A program made the translations under genes and the position numbers. A DNA stretch of 36,478 bases, from assembly GCA_040357565.1 (NCBI GenBank), contig JBDODJ010000115.1. One strand, written 5' to 3'. Shown in pieces: positions 1 to 10,175 of the stretch (positions are counted from its first letter, which is position 1; every line of letters begins with the position of its first letter). Source of the DNA: Cercozoa sp. M6MM (lineage: Eukaryota; Protista; Endomyxa: Ascetosporea). The notes under the pieces are model-generated. The model was not told the DNA's origin and did not search any database. It saw only the letters and a list, made by a program, of their open reading frames with translations.

Positions 1-512
1 GGAGCAGGGGGTAAAGCTGCAGTACCAAACGGCCACAGCACGTTGCGGCCCTTGAGACGCTGGTAGCCCGCCATAAACTCGGCCTTGCTGTGAAGGGGTA
101 AAGTGGTAAAAAGGGAGGTAAAGGGGGGAAGGGGTAAAGGTGCAAGTGTAACATGAGACATTGGAGAGTAGGGAATAGAAAGGGTAAAGGGAAGGTCAAT
201 ACGCCAGAGTGAAGGCATGGCCCACGTGCAGCTTGCCGTTCATGTACGGGTACGGGAACGTGCACATGTACTTGGGCCGGTCATCCGGCGTCGACTGCAC
301 AAACAAAAGGGAGTGGTGCCGCATCCTTAACAAAACAGAAAACGAAATTAGAGTTACCTCAAAAGCACGCGCCTCGTCCCAAAGGCTCTGAGCGAACTCT
401 TCGTGCGCCTTGAGCTGCCAAACACAGGTGACTTCCCCACTTTCTCCTATAATACTATGCTCGAGTCCCGCAGATCTACCTGGTCGCGGCGAGCGGTGTG
501 TTCGAGCTCCAT
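1..512 (-). CDS. LARS1: Cytosolic leucyl-tRNA synthetase, 5' part (continues off the left edge)
   Basis: Spliced translation MELEHTARRDQ|LKAHEEFAQSLWDEARAFE|STPDDRPKYMCTFPYPYMNGKLHVGHAFTLA|KAEFMAGYQRLKGRNVLWPFG contains the class I HIGH-type motif (PYPYMNGxLHxGH) of eukaryotic/archaeal LeuRS. GT-AG introns at 415-479, 295-357 and 88-202 restore the frame. Confidence 0.96.
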
Positions 513-831
513 GTGAGTCGAGAACAGACAGTAACCAAACTGCGCACACAGAAACAAAGCTTGGTCAAGAAAAAGCCACAACACATCTGGTTTGGGAAAA
601 CAACTCACGTCGTGTTTTCGAGATGTGACGCGCTGGACGGCACGTTTCAGCATACAGGCCTCACGCAGCACGGCGGTGGGTGGCCTGTCGGGGCTGCGCA
701 CTCATTTTCCGGCTCAGAAGTTGTGGCTATTGTTTTTGTTTCTGGCTCACATAAAATTGGCCCTCGTCTTACGACCTCTTGGCAGGCGCACGAATGTGTG
801 AGTACTCTAATTGTAGAAAAGTGAAGAAACA

Positions 832-1543
832 ATGAGGCGATTAATCGTTCTGGTGTTCTGTGTGTGCCTTGTTCTGGGCGTCAGTGACGTCGGTGCTCAC
901 GAACAGCATGCAGAGGATCAGGAGGAGCAGGAGGACCTGCGAGAGACATGGTTGGCAGCCGCTCTGCGTTCTCGCACTGACAGACGTGAGTTGGTTTCTC
1001 TTGTGAAACTCCACCTGTCTGTCTTTATTTGGACTGATCTGTGTGGTTACAGACCTGCCATGGACGCGGACGGAGATGGAGCTGCTCGTGGGCAGTGGGC
1101 GCGACCTGGCGGCCGATGAGGTGCGCAACCTGTACAACTGTCTGCTGAGCAACGGTCCCTTCCTGATCGCGCACTTTGCGGGCTTCACGAGCGACATCTG
1201 CGAGGTGGCCGAGCAGCTCGTCGGGTACCGCGCGCGTGTCAAGCAGTACGCGCGTAGTCGCGGCGCCTGGTTCACCGAGCAGTTCCTGCGTCTGCGCGAC
1301 GTTGTCAAGTACGGCGGCGACCTCGATTTCGACGCTGTCTACGCCAAGCAGTGGCGCCGCCACCGATGCCACGACGCCAACGTTGATCACGTCGATGAGA
1401 ACGGCGACGACTTTTGCACCGAGCGAGCCGTCTGTGCTGCTGTTCTCAGCTCTGCCCTGCGGTCCAACGGCGGCTACAATGCCGCACTCGACCCTGACAA
1501 TACCCAGAACGGCAACAAAGAGCCCGTCAAAACCGACATGTAG
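832..1543 (+). CDS. Secreted protein (signal peptide, acidic linker) with a C-terminal domain resembling all-alpha bacterial polymorphic-toxin/CdiA-CT domains
   Basis: Exon 1 MRRLIVLVFCVCLVLGVSDVGA is a classic signal peptide. One phase-1 intron (gtgagt at ~986 to ttacag at ~1052) joins it to ORF 1043..1543. Motifs EVRNLY, YRARVKQYAR, RDVVKYG and VLSSALRSN..YNAAL. The gene model is solid; the domain call is recalled similarity only. Confidence 0.7.
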
Positions 1544-1714
1544 GATGTAGATTCACGTCAACGCATTTTATAGCAACACTACGGTGTCAGAAATCGAGAA
1601 CCTGTCAGCCAGGGTTTGCAGTTTCCGTTTGCCGCCAAGAAAAAGTGTGAGCGCTGACTGTGCTGCACTGTAGGAAGTTGCCATTACTTAAAATGGAATA
1701 TATTCTGACTTTAG

Positions 1715-3029
1715 ATGCCTGTGACGCTCACTAACGTCCTCTGGAAGAAGGAAGAAGATGAAAGGTGGCACTTTTTTGTGCGCTGTGGTTTCGCGTTATT
1801 TTGTTTTTGAGTGCAGTTTGATGGAGTTCGCGTGGAACTACCAAAAATCCAGGCAAGGGAAAGTAGGCGGCAAGCCCATGTTTCGAGCGGCGGCCAGAGA
1901 AGGTACTGAGTTCTCTCGGGGGACAGTCTTGTTTTTGTTGCCTTGGTATTGTCGGTTTGGCTCCAGGTGTTTGCGGCACGCGGTCGTGGGCGGCGATTCG
2001 CGCGCGCTGGCGTGACAAACTTTCTTTCAGTGAGTTAGTGAGTAACACAGCAGGGGTACCATATGTATACTATGTATATATATATACATGTGCACAATGT
2101 AGAGTTTCCGGCCTGGTGTCGCAAGCGTCGAAAGTCGTTGTCAAAGGACTCGCCTCAACAAGCTGAACGGCCGCGCAGTTCTCTCGCCGCTTTGAACACA
2201 CCTCGAAAGGGCAGTCCCGCCAGTCTGCGCAAAAAGAAAAAGAAACGTCGTCACACGGAACCCATGGTACCACCCCCTCGTTACCTCTGGTACTTTACCC
2301 CCCCCCCCCCCGCGCCTGCAGTTCCGTAAGCCCGCGCGTAAGCTGAGCGTTGCGGCCACAGCGCCAGACAAGCGAGAACAGTCGCCGACGAAGAAACCGA
2401 CCGTCGACGTGAGACGGCAGATCTCAGTGTCGTCGTCGTCGTCGCAGCTGTCGCTGTCGGAGGCGCGTGTTGGTACCAGCATCAACAGTGCCGAGCCCAA
2501 GGTCAGTTTTGCTTTTACCCTTCTCTACTCCTTTGTAACCATTTCTTTTTTGCAGGTCATTGCTTTGGAGAAACCTGAAAGAGTGAGAAGGAAAGCGCCG
2601 ACTCCAAAAGCAACTCCAGCACAAGCTGTACTGCCTGCCCAAGTACAGCCTACCCGAGTACAGCCTACCCAAGTCACTCAAGTACAAGCCACTCAAGTGC
2701 AAGTCACTCAAGTGCAAGCCACTCAAGTACAAGCAACTCAAGCACAAGTCACACGAGCACAAGCGACTCAAGGACCCACACCCGAGGAGCAAGCCGCACA
2801 GCTCGTTGCACTGGCACGCGAGCTCGCGCTGACGTGTCGCGTCTCGCCGCAGCGCGCCTTCCTGGCACTGCTGCGGCACTATCGGCCTCAGTCAGAAAGT
2901 TCCCTGGAGCACGTTCGGCATGTTCTGCTTCTTCACGTGGCCACTGGCGGCCGTCTATACGCATACGACTCCGCCACTGTGCCCTGCACTGACCTCGCGA
3001 GTCAGCATGCCAGTCGCTCCGAGTCATGA
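1715..3029 (+). CDS. Myb-domain protein, Rap1/TERF2IP-like (N-terminal Myb, basic/low-complexity middle, possible RCT-like C-terminus)
   Basis: Five GT-AG introns give MPVTLTNVLWKKEEDESLMEFAWNYQKSRQGKVGGKPMFRAAAREGVCGTRSWAAIRARWRDKLSF (W.xEED..L ... RSW..IR.RW...L, a Myb pattern of the Rap1 type), a KKKKKRR NLS, QVTQVQAT repeats and a helical C-terminus. The start could lie further upstream (ttag|ATG). Confidence 0.62.
2640..2770 (+). repeat. 15-bp coding tandem repeat (CAAGTCACTCAAGTG-like; QVTQV/QATQV)
   Basis: About 8 degenerate 15-nt units visible directly in the last exon of the Myb gene. Confidence 0.85.
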
Positions 3030-3185
3030 CTCGATTCGATGAGCCGAGTGCACGTGGTCGCGACGTACGGTACGGGACTGCAAAACGTTCGCACTCCACC
3101 TGTAATATAAACAAGAAGGAAACCCCGTAGCCCGCATGGGTGGCGTGGTCAGTTTTAAAACTAAAACTGAAAACCTCTGCCAGTA

Positions 3186-3674
3186 TGTTGCTGACGGTTG
3201 TCAGTGAAAAGAATTAAATAAAAGAAGTAAGTCGTCAATTAGACGAAGCGAGGGAATCAATTATTCAGTTTGTAGCGTAGAAGCGAAGTGAAGATTCACC
3301 CCAACTGGGTTCTTACGTCAAACTAGACGGAGTTGTAGCCGGAAACTTCCGTCACGGGGAAAATCGTGATGAGAAGATTAAAAAACCCCTTCTTTCTACA
3401 ACAGCCAATGCTTACTTGTAGAGGTGGATATCAGTACAAACTGCAGAGTAACTGACCAGCTGATGCCAAGTAGATGAGGTTTTCTCTTTGCCAACTGGCA
3501 GGCTCAATCTACAGGACAAGCTTTCAGACAGTCCAGTCACAGCTCTATAGGCAGTAGTACCGCAGAGCAACAAACTCTTAACTCTTCTTTCTCTTTTCTT
3601 CAATGATGGGAGACCAACTGGTCTGTCTGGGTTTATCCCCGCGGAGACTGCATGTTCTGAGTCAGTCTGTAACA
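3186..3674. mobile_element. Solo-LTR-like element (489 bp), divergent relative of the 28105-28585 family
   Basis: Begins TGTTG and ends TAACA, flanked by a 4-bp direct repeat AGTA (3182-3185 and 3675-3678). Collinear blocks are shared with 28105-28585 (taagtcgtca, acccc.actgggt, taactgac, tctacag, actctta). Confidence 0.75.
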
Positions 3675-3686
3675 AGTACTAGTATC

Positions 3687-3790
3687 AGTTAGTAGGTTGA
3701 GTCTTATGAAACCAACTAAGCGGTTCCGCTGCATCATCCGAGGTGGGTTCCCAGAGCATGGCCGTGTCTACCGACCGCTTACGGTCGGAC
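3687..3790. repeat. Dispersed structured non-coding element, copy 1
   Basis: Core 3708-3763 matches 23154-23210 at 47 of 57 aligned columns. Both copies have flanking hairpins at the same positions. Confidence 0.75.
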
Positions 3791-3816
3791 CAGATCACTC
3801 CTTTTGACGTTCCCCA

Positions 3817-4731
3817 GACAACGAAGTCGACTTCATAGTTGGTGCAGGTAGCGCAGTGCTCCGTTTATCCGGCAGTGCAGCCTTGATGGAGATGTCCTGG
3901 GAACTAATTGGGTGGCACAGGGTACAGGGGACTATAGGTACTGTACATGGTTGGTTTTTAAATAGACTAGACAGGTAGTACACTCCGGCGAGACAGTACT
4001 GCGTACAGTATCACGAGATACCATCTCCAGTTTTGTACCGTACAATGCGTGTCCAGCAGCTCGAGTAACAAGATGAAGAAATGGTGTACTAATGTCCTGT
4101 ACAATACAAATGGTAAGGAAGATGGGAACTAATTGGGTGGCACAAAACAAAAACAAAAAACAGAAAAGACAAAACACAACACACACACACACACACAAAG
4201 TGAAGGGCACAAAAGCTCAGACAGCTCTCTCGGCAGTCCGCACGCACACCCGTAGTGCACAGACACGCCAAGCAACATGGTGCACAGTGAATCACACGCC
4301 ACAGAAAAACAAAAACGCCAAATCCTTGCCTTGTAGTGCTCGATGCACTCGGCCTTCTTTTCTCGTCTGGTTTCACAAGTCGAAGCCTAACACAATGTGC
4401 GGTGAGAAACAGTGCATTTCTGTACAAAACGCATGTTCACGCACTCATCGCATGTGGCTACCACAGAGACAGATCGGCATTTCGGCGTGCGTCAGAGTGG
4501 TATAACACCGCCCTGGTCGGTCTCGACGCACCAGCTCGGAAGCCGGCCCCAGCCAGGCAGGGCCAGAACGACCAGAGTGCATTAGATAAAGCGTGGGACG
4601 TGCGCAGCGGACACTCAAAACTGCGCAAAACCCGTGCGGCACCTTCCGGTGCGCTCTCACGCTGCAGCAAAAAGCGAGTTTTGCAAACAACAAATCGGGC
4701 ACGTCGCGTTTCTCCACACAAAGCTGACTAG
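3817..4731 (+). CDS. Possible multi-exon hypothetical gene (only the 3' exons are reasonably supported)
   Basis: ORF 4336..4731 follows an acceptor (cttgtag) and joins in phase to an upstream exon (QKLRQLSRQSARTPVVHRHAKQH|VLDALG). It ends tail-to-tail with the gene ending at 4796. The upstream exon chain is unresolved. Confidence 0.3.
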
Positions 4732-4795
4732 GGACACTTTGGCTCAGGTTTGACATGAAAACAGTATTTTACGTTAGTTAAAGTAGCTTAAACAT

Positions 4796-7061
4796 CTAAT
4801 TTTGCGCACCGCAGCCCAACCAGATTATTGGGGAATTGTTGTTTTGGGGCGAGCGTCTGAAACTGTGTTGCCGCTCAAATATGTAGTCGCAAACGACACT
4901 CAGCACATCATCGTTGGCGTATGGAAACAAGCAGTCCAGTTCTTGCTTGTACGGACGAAACAGTTCCTGACGGTAGCTTTCGAGCTCCCGCATCACCACG
5001 CACTCTGCAGCGGCACGACTATGCGAGTCCTTGCCTAATGCAGGAAGATAAGTCCTCACATAGCGGAAACCGTAATGTAATGCTATGTACTTGATGTTGT
5101 TGTTTCAAAAATCGCACGATGGAGCCGAGCTTTTCTTTCTGTGTCGTCGAGCGAATCGATGTATCGAATCAAACTGAGCATGGTGCAAACAAAAGTCGTT
5201 CTTGTCTTGTCTTTCCACCAGTTGTTCCGGTGCCACGCCGCAAAGCACTTCCATTTCGTGCGCTGGATCAGGCAGTTTGGGAGCGGCACCCCCAACTCGC
5301 GAGCTTGGAACGCGAAGCGTGAAACCGTGGCATCCCAGTCGCAGAACTCCATGATATCGTCGACACTCATGAAGGACTGTGCCCACGCAGATTGATCGAT
5401 GCCGTCCGTTGCCCGGGCTGCAAAGGAAAGCGCAGTGTTTTCAAGCACCGCAACTTCTTGTTCATGCAGCCACGACAAGAACTGACTCCAGATGTTGCAA
5501 TTGCGCTTCTACAGTTTACACCCATGGTGAAACAAACAGCACAGTACTGATCATGAAATTACGCGTCAGTATTTCAGGACTGTACCCACAAAAGCATGAA
5601 TAGATCGCCAAAGCTCTGACCCGACCCCTTGATTCTTGAAAACACAATTTGAATATACGCCGTGAGTTCACGACTCTTGACAGGGCAGTCTGAGGAAATG
5701 GCCGCCGCCATCAAGGCTTCCAGAACCAGCGAGAGTGTACTTTCGTTGAAACTGAAGGAGGCAAGCTTTCGCAAGAGTAGCTTTGGGAATTCCCTGTCGC
5801 TGATCTCGTGCGGATCGAATTTGACGAGTCGAAACACAGGAAAATTTGAGTTTGCACCTACTTGACACTCCTCAAACTTGAAGGCTTTCTGCACCTGCTT
5901 ATATGTCATAGTATATTTACTGTACTATCGACTCGGTTGCGGTACGGGAATTGAACGCGAGGCGATGATAGTACCAACGTTGCAACTGCCTTGCGAGGGC
6001 AGAACACCAAGCGGTCGGAACAACTATGCAGCCCGGTGCAATACACACCTTTGCGAAGAATCAGGTCAAAATCTCCGTGAATCTCATCGTCGAAGCACTC
6101 GTCAATGTGAGACCAAGCCAAGTGAAGAAGGATAGTGGCGACACCAATCTTGCACCTGTTCCATGGAGAAGCTGCACAAACGCATGTCACGCTTCCGGTG
6201 AAGGCGATTCCTTCGAAGCAGTTTGAGGCTTCCACTGCTTCAACGAGTTCTACCGCAACGTCTCGGCTGTAGTCATTCACCGAAAAAGCAGACAAAAAGA
6301 AGGCACGCCATGCAAATGGTATTTCAGTCCAAGGGGCGGGGAATTTCATCTCACGGGACTCTATGCGCAGTTCTCGGGACCAAAGCTGAATGTTACTATC
6401 GAGGGCACTGCTCGATACTAATCCGCAAATAATACCATATAGGAGAAGTCCTCAATCGCCTTCAGATTGTTCTGCAGTGACATTAGTCCTGTCAGGTACA
6501 CATAGCACCGGGTTTCTGCAGTTGCGTTCAACCACTCCAAGCTGAAGCTGTGCGAGGGATTTCTTTCGCAAAAAGCTATTCAAGACCTATTGCAAGCAAG
6601 TCTTTTGAGGTCGGAACAAATATTTATACCGTCTTCGTGCATCAAATCTCCTTGCAATGCCGCTGAAACTTCAGGTAGCATCCTAGCGACGTCATTAAAG
6701 AGGCTCAGGATAGTATCAGCAACGTTCATGTTTCTCACAATCACAAGGATTCGATCTGCAAGGTGCGACGGTGGAGCTGCTCTTCTTAAATCGGTAGGTC
6801 GCCAACGAAAATCTAACAGAGAACGCGAGACGGCCTTTTCCACATGTTACTATAGGCACCGCAAAACCAAAAACCTTTGCGCCGTCGCATGAAAAGATAT
6901 GGGAGAAGCATATCAACGTGAGAAGCCAAACGCTGCGGCAGGTTCTCCTTCTCTGTTAACGTTTCATCGACAAACTTTTCAACGTCACTTTTCTGCTCCA
7001 ACGTTAACAGCTGAATCAAACGGTCCCTAGTCTGAACGCGCTCTTGAAGGAGCGAATGCAT
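4796..7061 (-). CDS. Hypothetical protein (~630 aa) with a C-terminal F-box/SOCS-like helical motif
   Basis: The consecutive minus-strand ORFs (6813..7061, 6580..6843, 5906..6349, 5574..5909, 5083..5478, 4796..5059) join in frame through six phase-compatible GT-AG introns of ~50-80 nt (e.g. 6576-6629, 5035-5090). C-terminal LFPYANDDVLSVVCDYIF. The start is uncertain. Confidence 0.7.
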
Positions 7062-7364
7062 GCTGGACAGGTGCTGCTCAATTATCTCAACAGCACACGG
7101 CAGTCAAAAACAGGGCTCAGTTTTGCTGCAATCATTGCAAGAAACAAACGAGTTTGGACTCGTGCGTTTTTCGAAACTGGTCATGTGCGTTTTTCTTTTG
7201 GATCCCCCTGTATTTCCAGTGAATAACAATCCTGTCTCAGGCGTCCTGTTTTTTCACGTTGTGTTAGATAAACTCAGTATTGTATTTTAAGTTGTAATTA
7301 AAAATTTACATTTCTAAACTTAGTGACATCGGCGAACCCTAAAAGTCTAAAACGAAGTGCAGTT

Positions 7365-7480
7365 TGAAAAACTAAGTCTGGAAGACTAAGTCTAAATTTA
7401 GAAAACTGAGCATGGAAAACTGAGTATGAAAACTGAGTCTGTATCGGAGGGGGCAAAGACGAGACTGACAACTGAAAGCA
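7365..7480. repeat. Intergenic array of AAAACTGAG/AAGACTAAG units
   Basis: At least five ~12-nt degenerate units (gaaaactgag x3, actaagtct x2) downstream of the gene ending at 7527. Confidence 0.7.
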
Positions 7481-7526
7481 TAAACTTACTAGTATAAATT
7501 GGGCAGCTTCAATCGGGAATTCATTT

Positions 7527-9920
7527 TCAAGTCATGTATCGGTGTGCTCGACTGACGGACTCCTCGATTTCAAGTAGTTTGGCTTCTTCTTCATCCTCTG
7601 CATCGATACTTGCAGCCCGAGCTGTGGGCACCCTTCGAGAATACAATTCATGTCGGTCAAAGTCACTGTCAGACTCAGTTTCATCTTCCGAAAAGCCGCC
7701 TGGTAGCATGGCATAATCAAAAGTGGATTGGTGAGACGACTCTGCTGGAAGTTGCGCAATCGAGAGGACCGAAGGCGATGGCGCAATCGGTCGCTTGAGA
7801 TTCTTTTGACGCTGTTGTTCGCCTGTTGTATCGAGTACCTGCTGGTGGGTTCGCCGCAGATAAGCGATTCCCCCAGGCCAGAGTTTCGTCAAAACGGACA
7901 AACGTCGCAACACCATGGCTTTTTCCACCGGCATTAGGAGCAAGAACTAAATGTACGCTTTCTAACTAAAACAACAAGTGCAAAATGTAAAGTGCAAATG
8001 TACATCTTCTCTTCGTTTCATGTTGGCACTGCATCCTTGCAAAGCCAGTTCGAGTTGTGGATTCGGCAGGAGTGAACTGCGACGAGCGACGTCGACGATT
8101 CTGTGAAAACTCATCAAAGCTTGTGGAGTACATCGTACCCAGTAGAATTGCTAGAAGTGAATCGTACGCTGCCAGCTCCTCGCAGAGTTCCTGCGTGACC
8201 CACTGAAAGACATGTCCCCGCGCGTCACGCAACTGCTTGGTCATTCGATCCACATCGCGCGCTCTGCCGTGGCAAAGCTGTGCCACAAGTTTCTCATCGT
8301 ACCTGGTGTCAGACAGGACATCAAATAGACCTCGACCCTCCTGTATCGGCATTCCGTCCACACGAAACTTGTTCAACGCATCAAGACGTCGAAGTAGCAC
8401 ATCGCGTGGCAACAACAACGTTGGCGTGCGTTCGCTCAGACGGAGCAGCGCGTGTGTACGACGCAATTCTGTCAGCAAGTTCGCGTGTTTCTGCGACAGA
8501 GCAGTTGCATCGGCAATTGAAACTGCCCAGTCCTTCCTCGCGAACAGAATCACCAGAAGCGACACCGAAACTGGCACCCAAAACACTGTACGAACCATCG
8601 GCACGAGAGCATCCACTCCAACCAGAGCGTTCTGCCACTCGGCGATGAAAGCAAAGACGAGAATGCTCTGAATGGCAGCACATGTGTCCAGAGAGGACTG
8701 CACGACGTTGCTCGAGGTGACACGAAACACTGGCCACGCAATTCGAAGGACCCAAATCATCACCACACACGCCATCAGGAGTCCGAACTGCAAGTTTCTT
8801 TCGAACGAGTACTCTCCTGCCTTAGCACGCGGCACGACCACAATGAACACGTACAGCAACGACTCGAGCACGCGCAGTGTCGTTCCGTGCGCCGCATGTC
8901 GCCGAAAGGAGGAGATCGAAGCCATCTGACGCACCTGCCACGTGTCGGAGGCTTTCGTGAGATACTCGACTTCGGCCGTCGCAATGGATCGATCGTGCAA
9001 CTGTGTGTTGTTAAACACTATGTTAGACTTCTCCAGACGAAACGAATGCCACAGCAGAGGACACACAAAGGACAGAAACGACAGGACCCCGGTCAACAAA
9101 ATCATGACACGTCGCCAGTCACGTATCGAACACTCAATATCTTTGTCTACTCGCACATGAGCGAAACCGTCGCACAGACAGAGTCTTGCCGAGTGCAATG
9201 CCGTTGGGATCACCAGTACTGGCAACCAGTCCAATGCTCGGTCGTGAGCTTTCGCGACGCGCCGCGCAAAGCGTCGTAACAACTGACACATACTATAGCG
9301 AAGGTAGGGCCCACTCCAGTTGGCCCGCGACACTAAGGCTCCAAACGCTCGCTGTCGCGACTCGAAACGCGCATAAAACAGCGACTGTTCAAGCCAATGC
9401 ATGCAAGCAACGAAACCAAACAGCACGTGCGGTAGACAGGCCACTGCAATCGCCCAACTGTCCCCAAAAACAATATTAGCTAAAAATCACACAAAACTCG
9501 TGAGTTGATGCAAGCTACGGTAGAGCAATATCCGAGTGCTGATCGTCGAGAAACTCGCGTCTACCAGACCATTTTGCGGTCACGGTTTCGTCCAATACGC
9601 GACTGGCGCGTCCCATCGCTTGGGCATCAAGCGTCACGACGAATAGCCAGGCAAAGTGCGTGCGCAACGTGGCCGGCCAAGGCCAGCGCTGCGCTTCTGC
9701 CGCAAGAAGTGCGAAGCACTGCAGAAACGTTATCACTGACAAAACCTGTGCACAAAAAACATTTTCGCACAACAAAGTTGACTCTTCATCCAATGTTGCA
9801 AACCTTCTCGAGCCACCATCTCCCGACTTGATTGTTCCACTCTGCTCGCGTCGCTTTGTTCAGAGGCAAAGGACATCTAGTGGCACTGCACCACCGACTG
9901 TAATGTGATAACAGTCCCAT
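7527..9920 (-). CDS. Multi-pass membrane protein (TRP_C/FLC-like transmembrane region)
   Basis: Spliced start MGLLSHYSRW...WWLEK|VLSVITFLQCFALL...WPWP...WLFVVTLD has the LQ...WP...LD signature of protist TRP-C-like TM regions. The long exon within ORF 7966..9444 has ~5-6 hydrophobic segments. Further phase-compatible introns lead to terminal exon 7527..7943. Confidence 0.68.
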
Positions 9921-10175
9921 CGCATCAAAAATCCGTTTAAACCGCACGGAAAGTCAGGATTGTTGGTATTTTTCAGGGACGCGCTGGCTACACCCAGTGA
10001 TCTCGCTTGAGGGCCGCGCGTGTGTGTACCAGTGTTTACCGGGTGTTTGAAGTGTAATAAAATCCTCAGAAACCTTTTTTAGTCCACTGAGGCGATTTAT
10101 CTTTTCGGCACCCACAAAACAAAGGTTCTCTTGATTATCTTGTGCTCAGCGATTGTACGTTCGAATGGGTCCAGG

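Noticed and set aside
3687-3790. Structured element as U1, U6, C/D snoRNA, SECIS, tRNA, or hammerhead/twister/HDV ribozyme
   Set aside because: Only partial look-alikes (AGCATGGCC, GAAAC, GGTnnCAAG, ATGATG..CTGA in one copy). The required cores (ACTTACC, ACAGAGA, CTGAnGA, B-box, P1/P1.1 pairing) are missing or not shared by both copies.
6576-6629. In-frame TGA at 6580-6582 suggesting stop-codon reassignment, selenocysteine or a pseudogene
   Set aside because: A 54-nt phase-1 GT-AG intron removes it. The conserved genes translate fully with the standard code, and TAA, TAG and TGA all occur as terminal stops.
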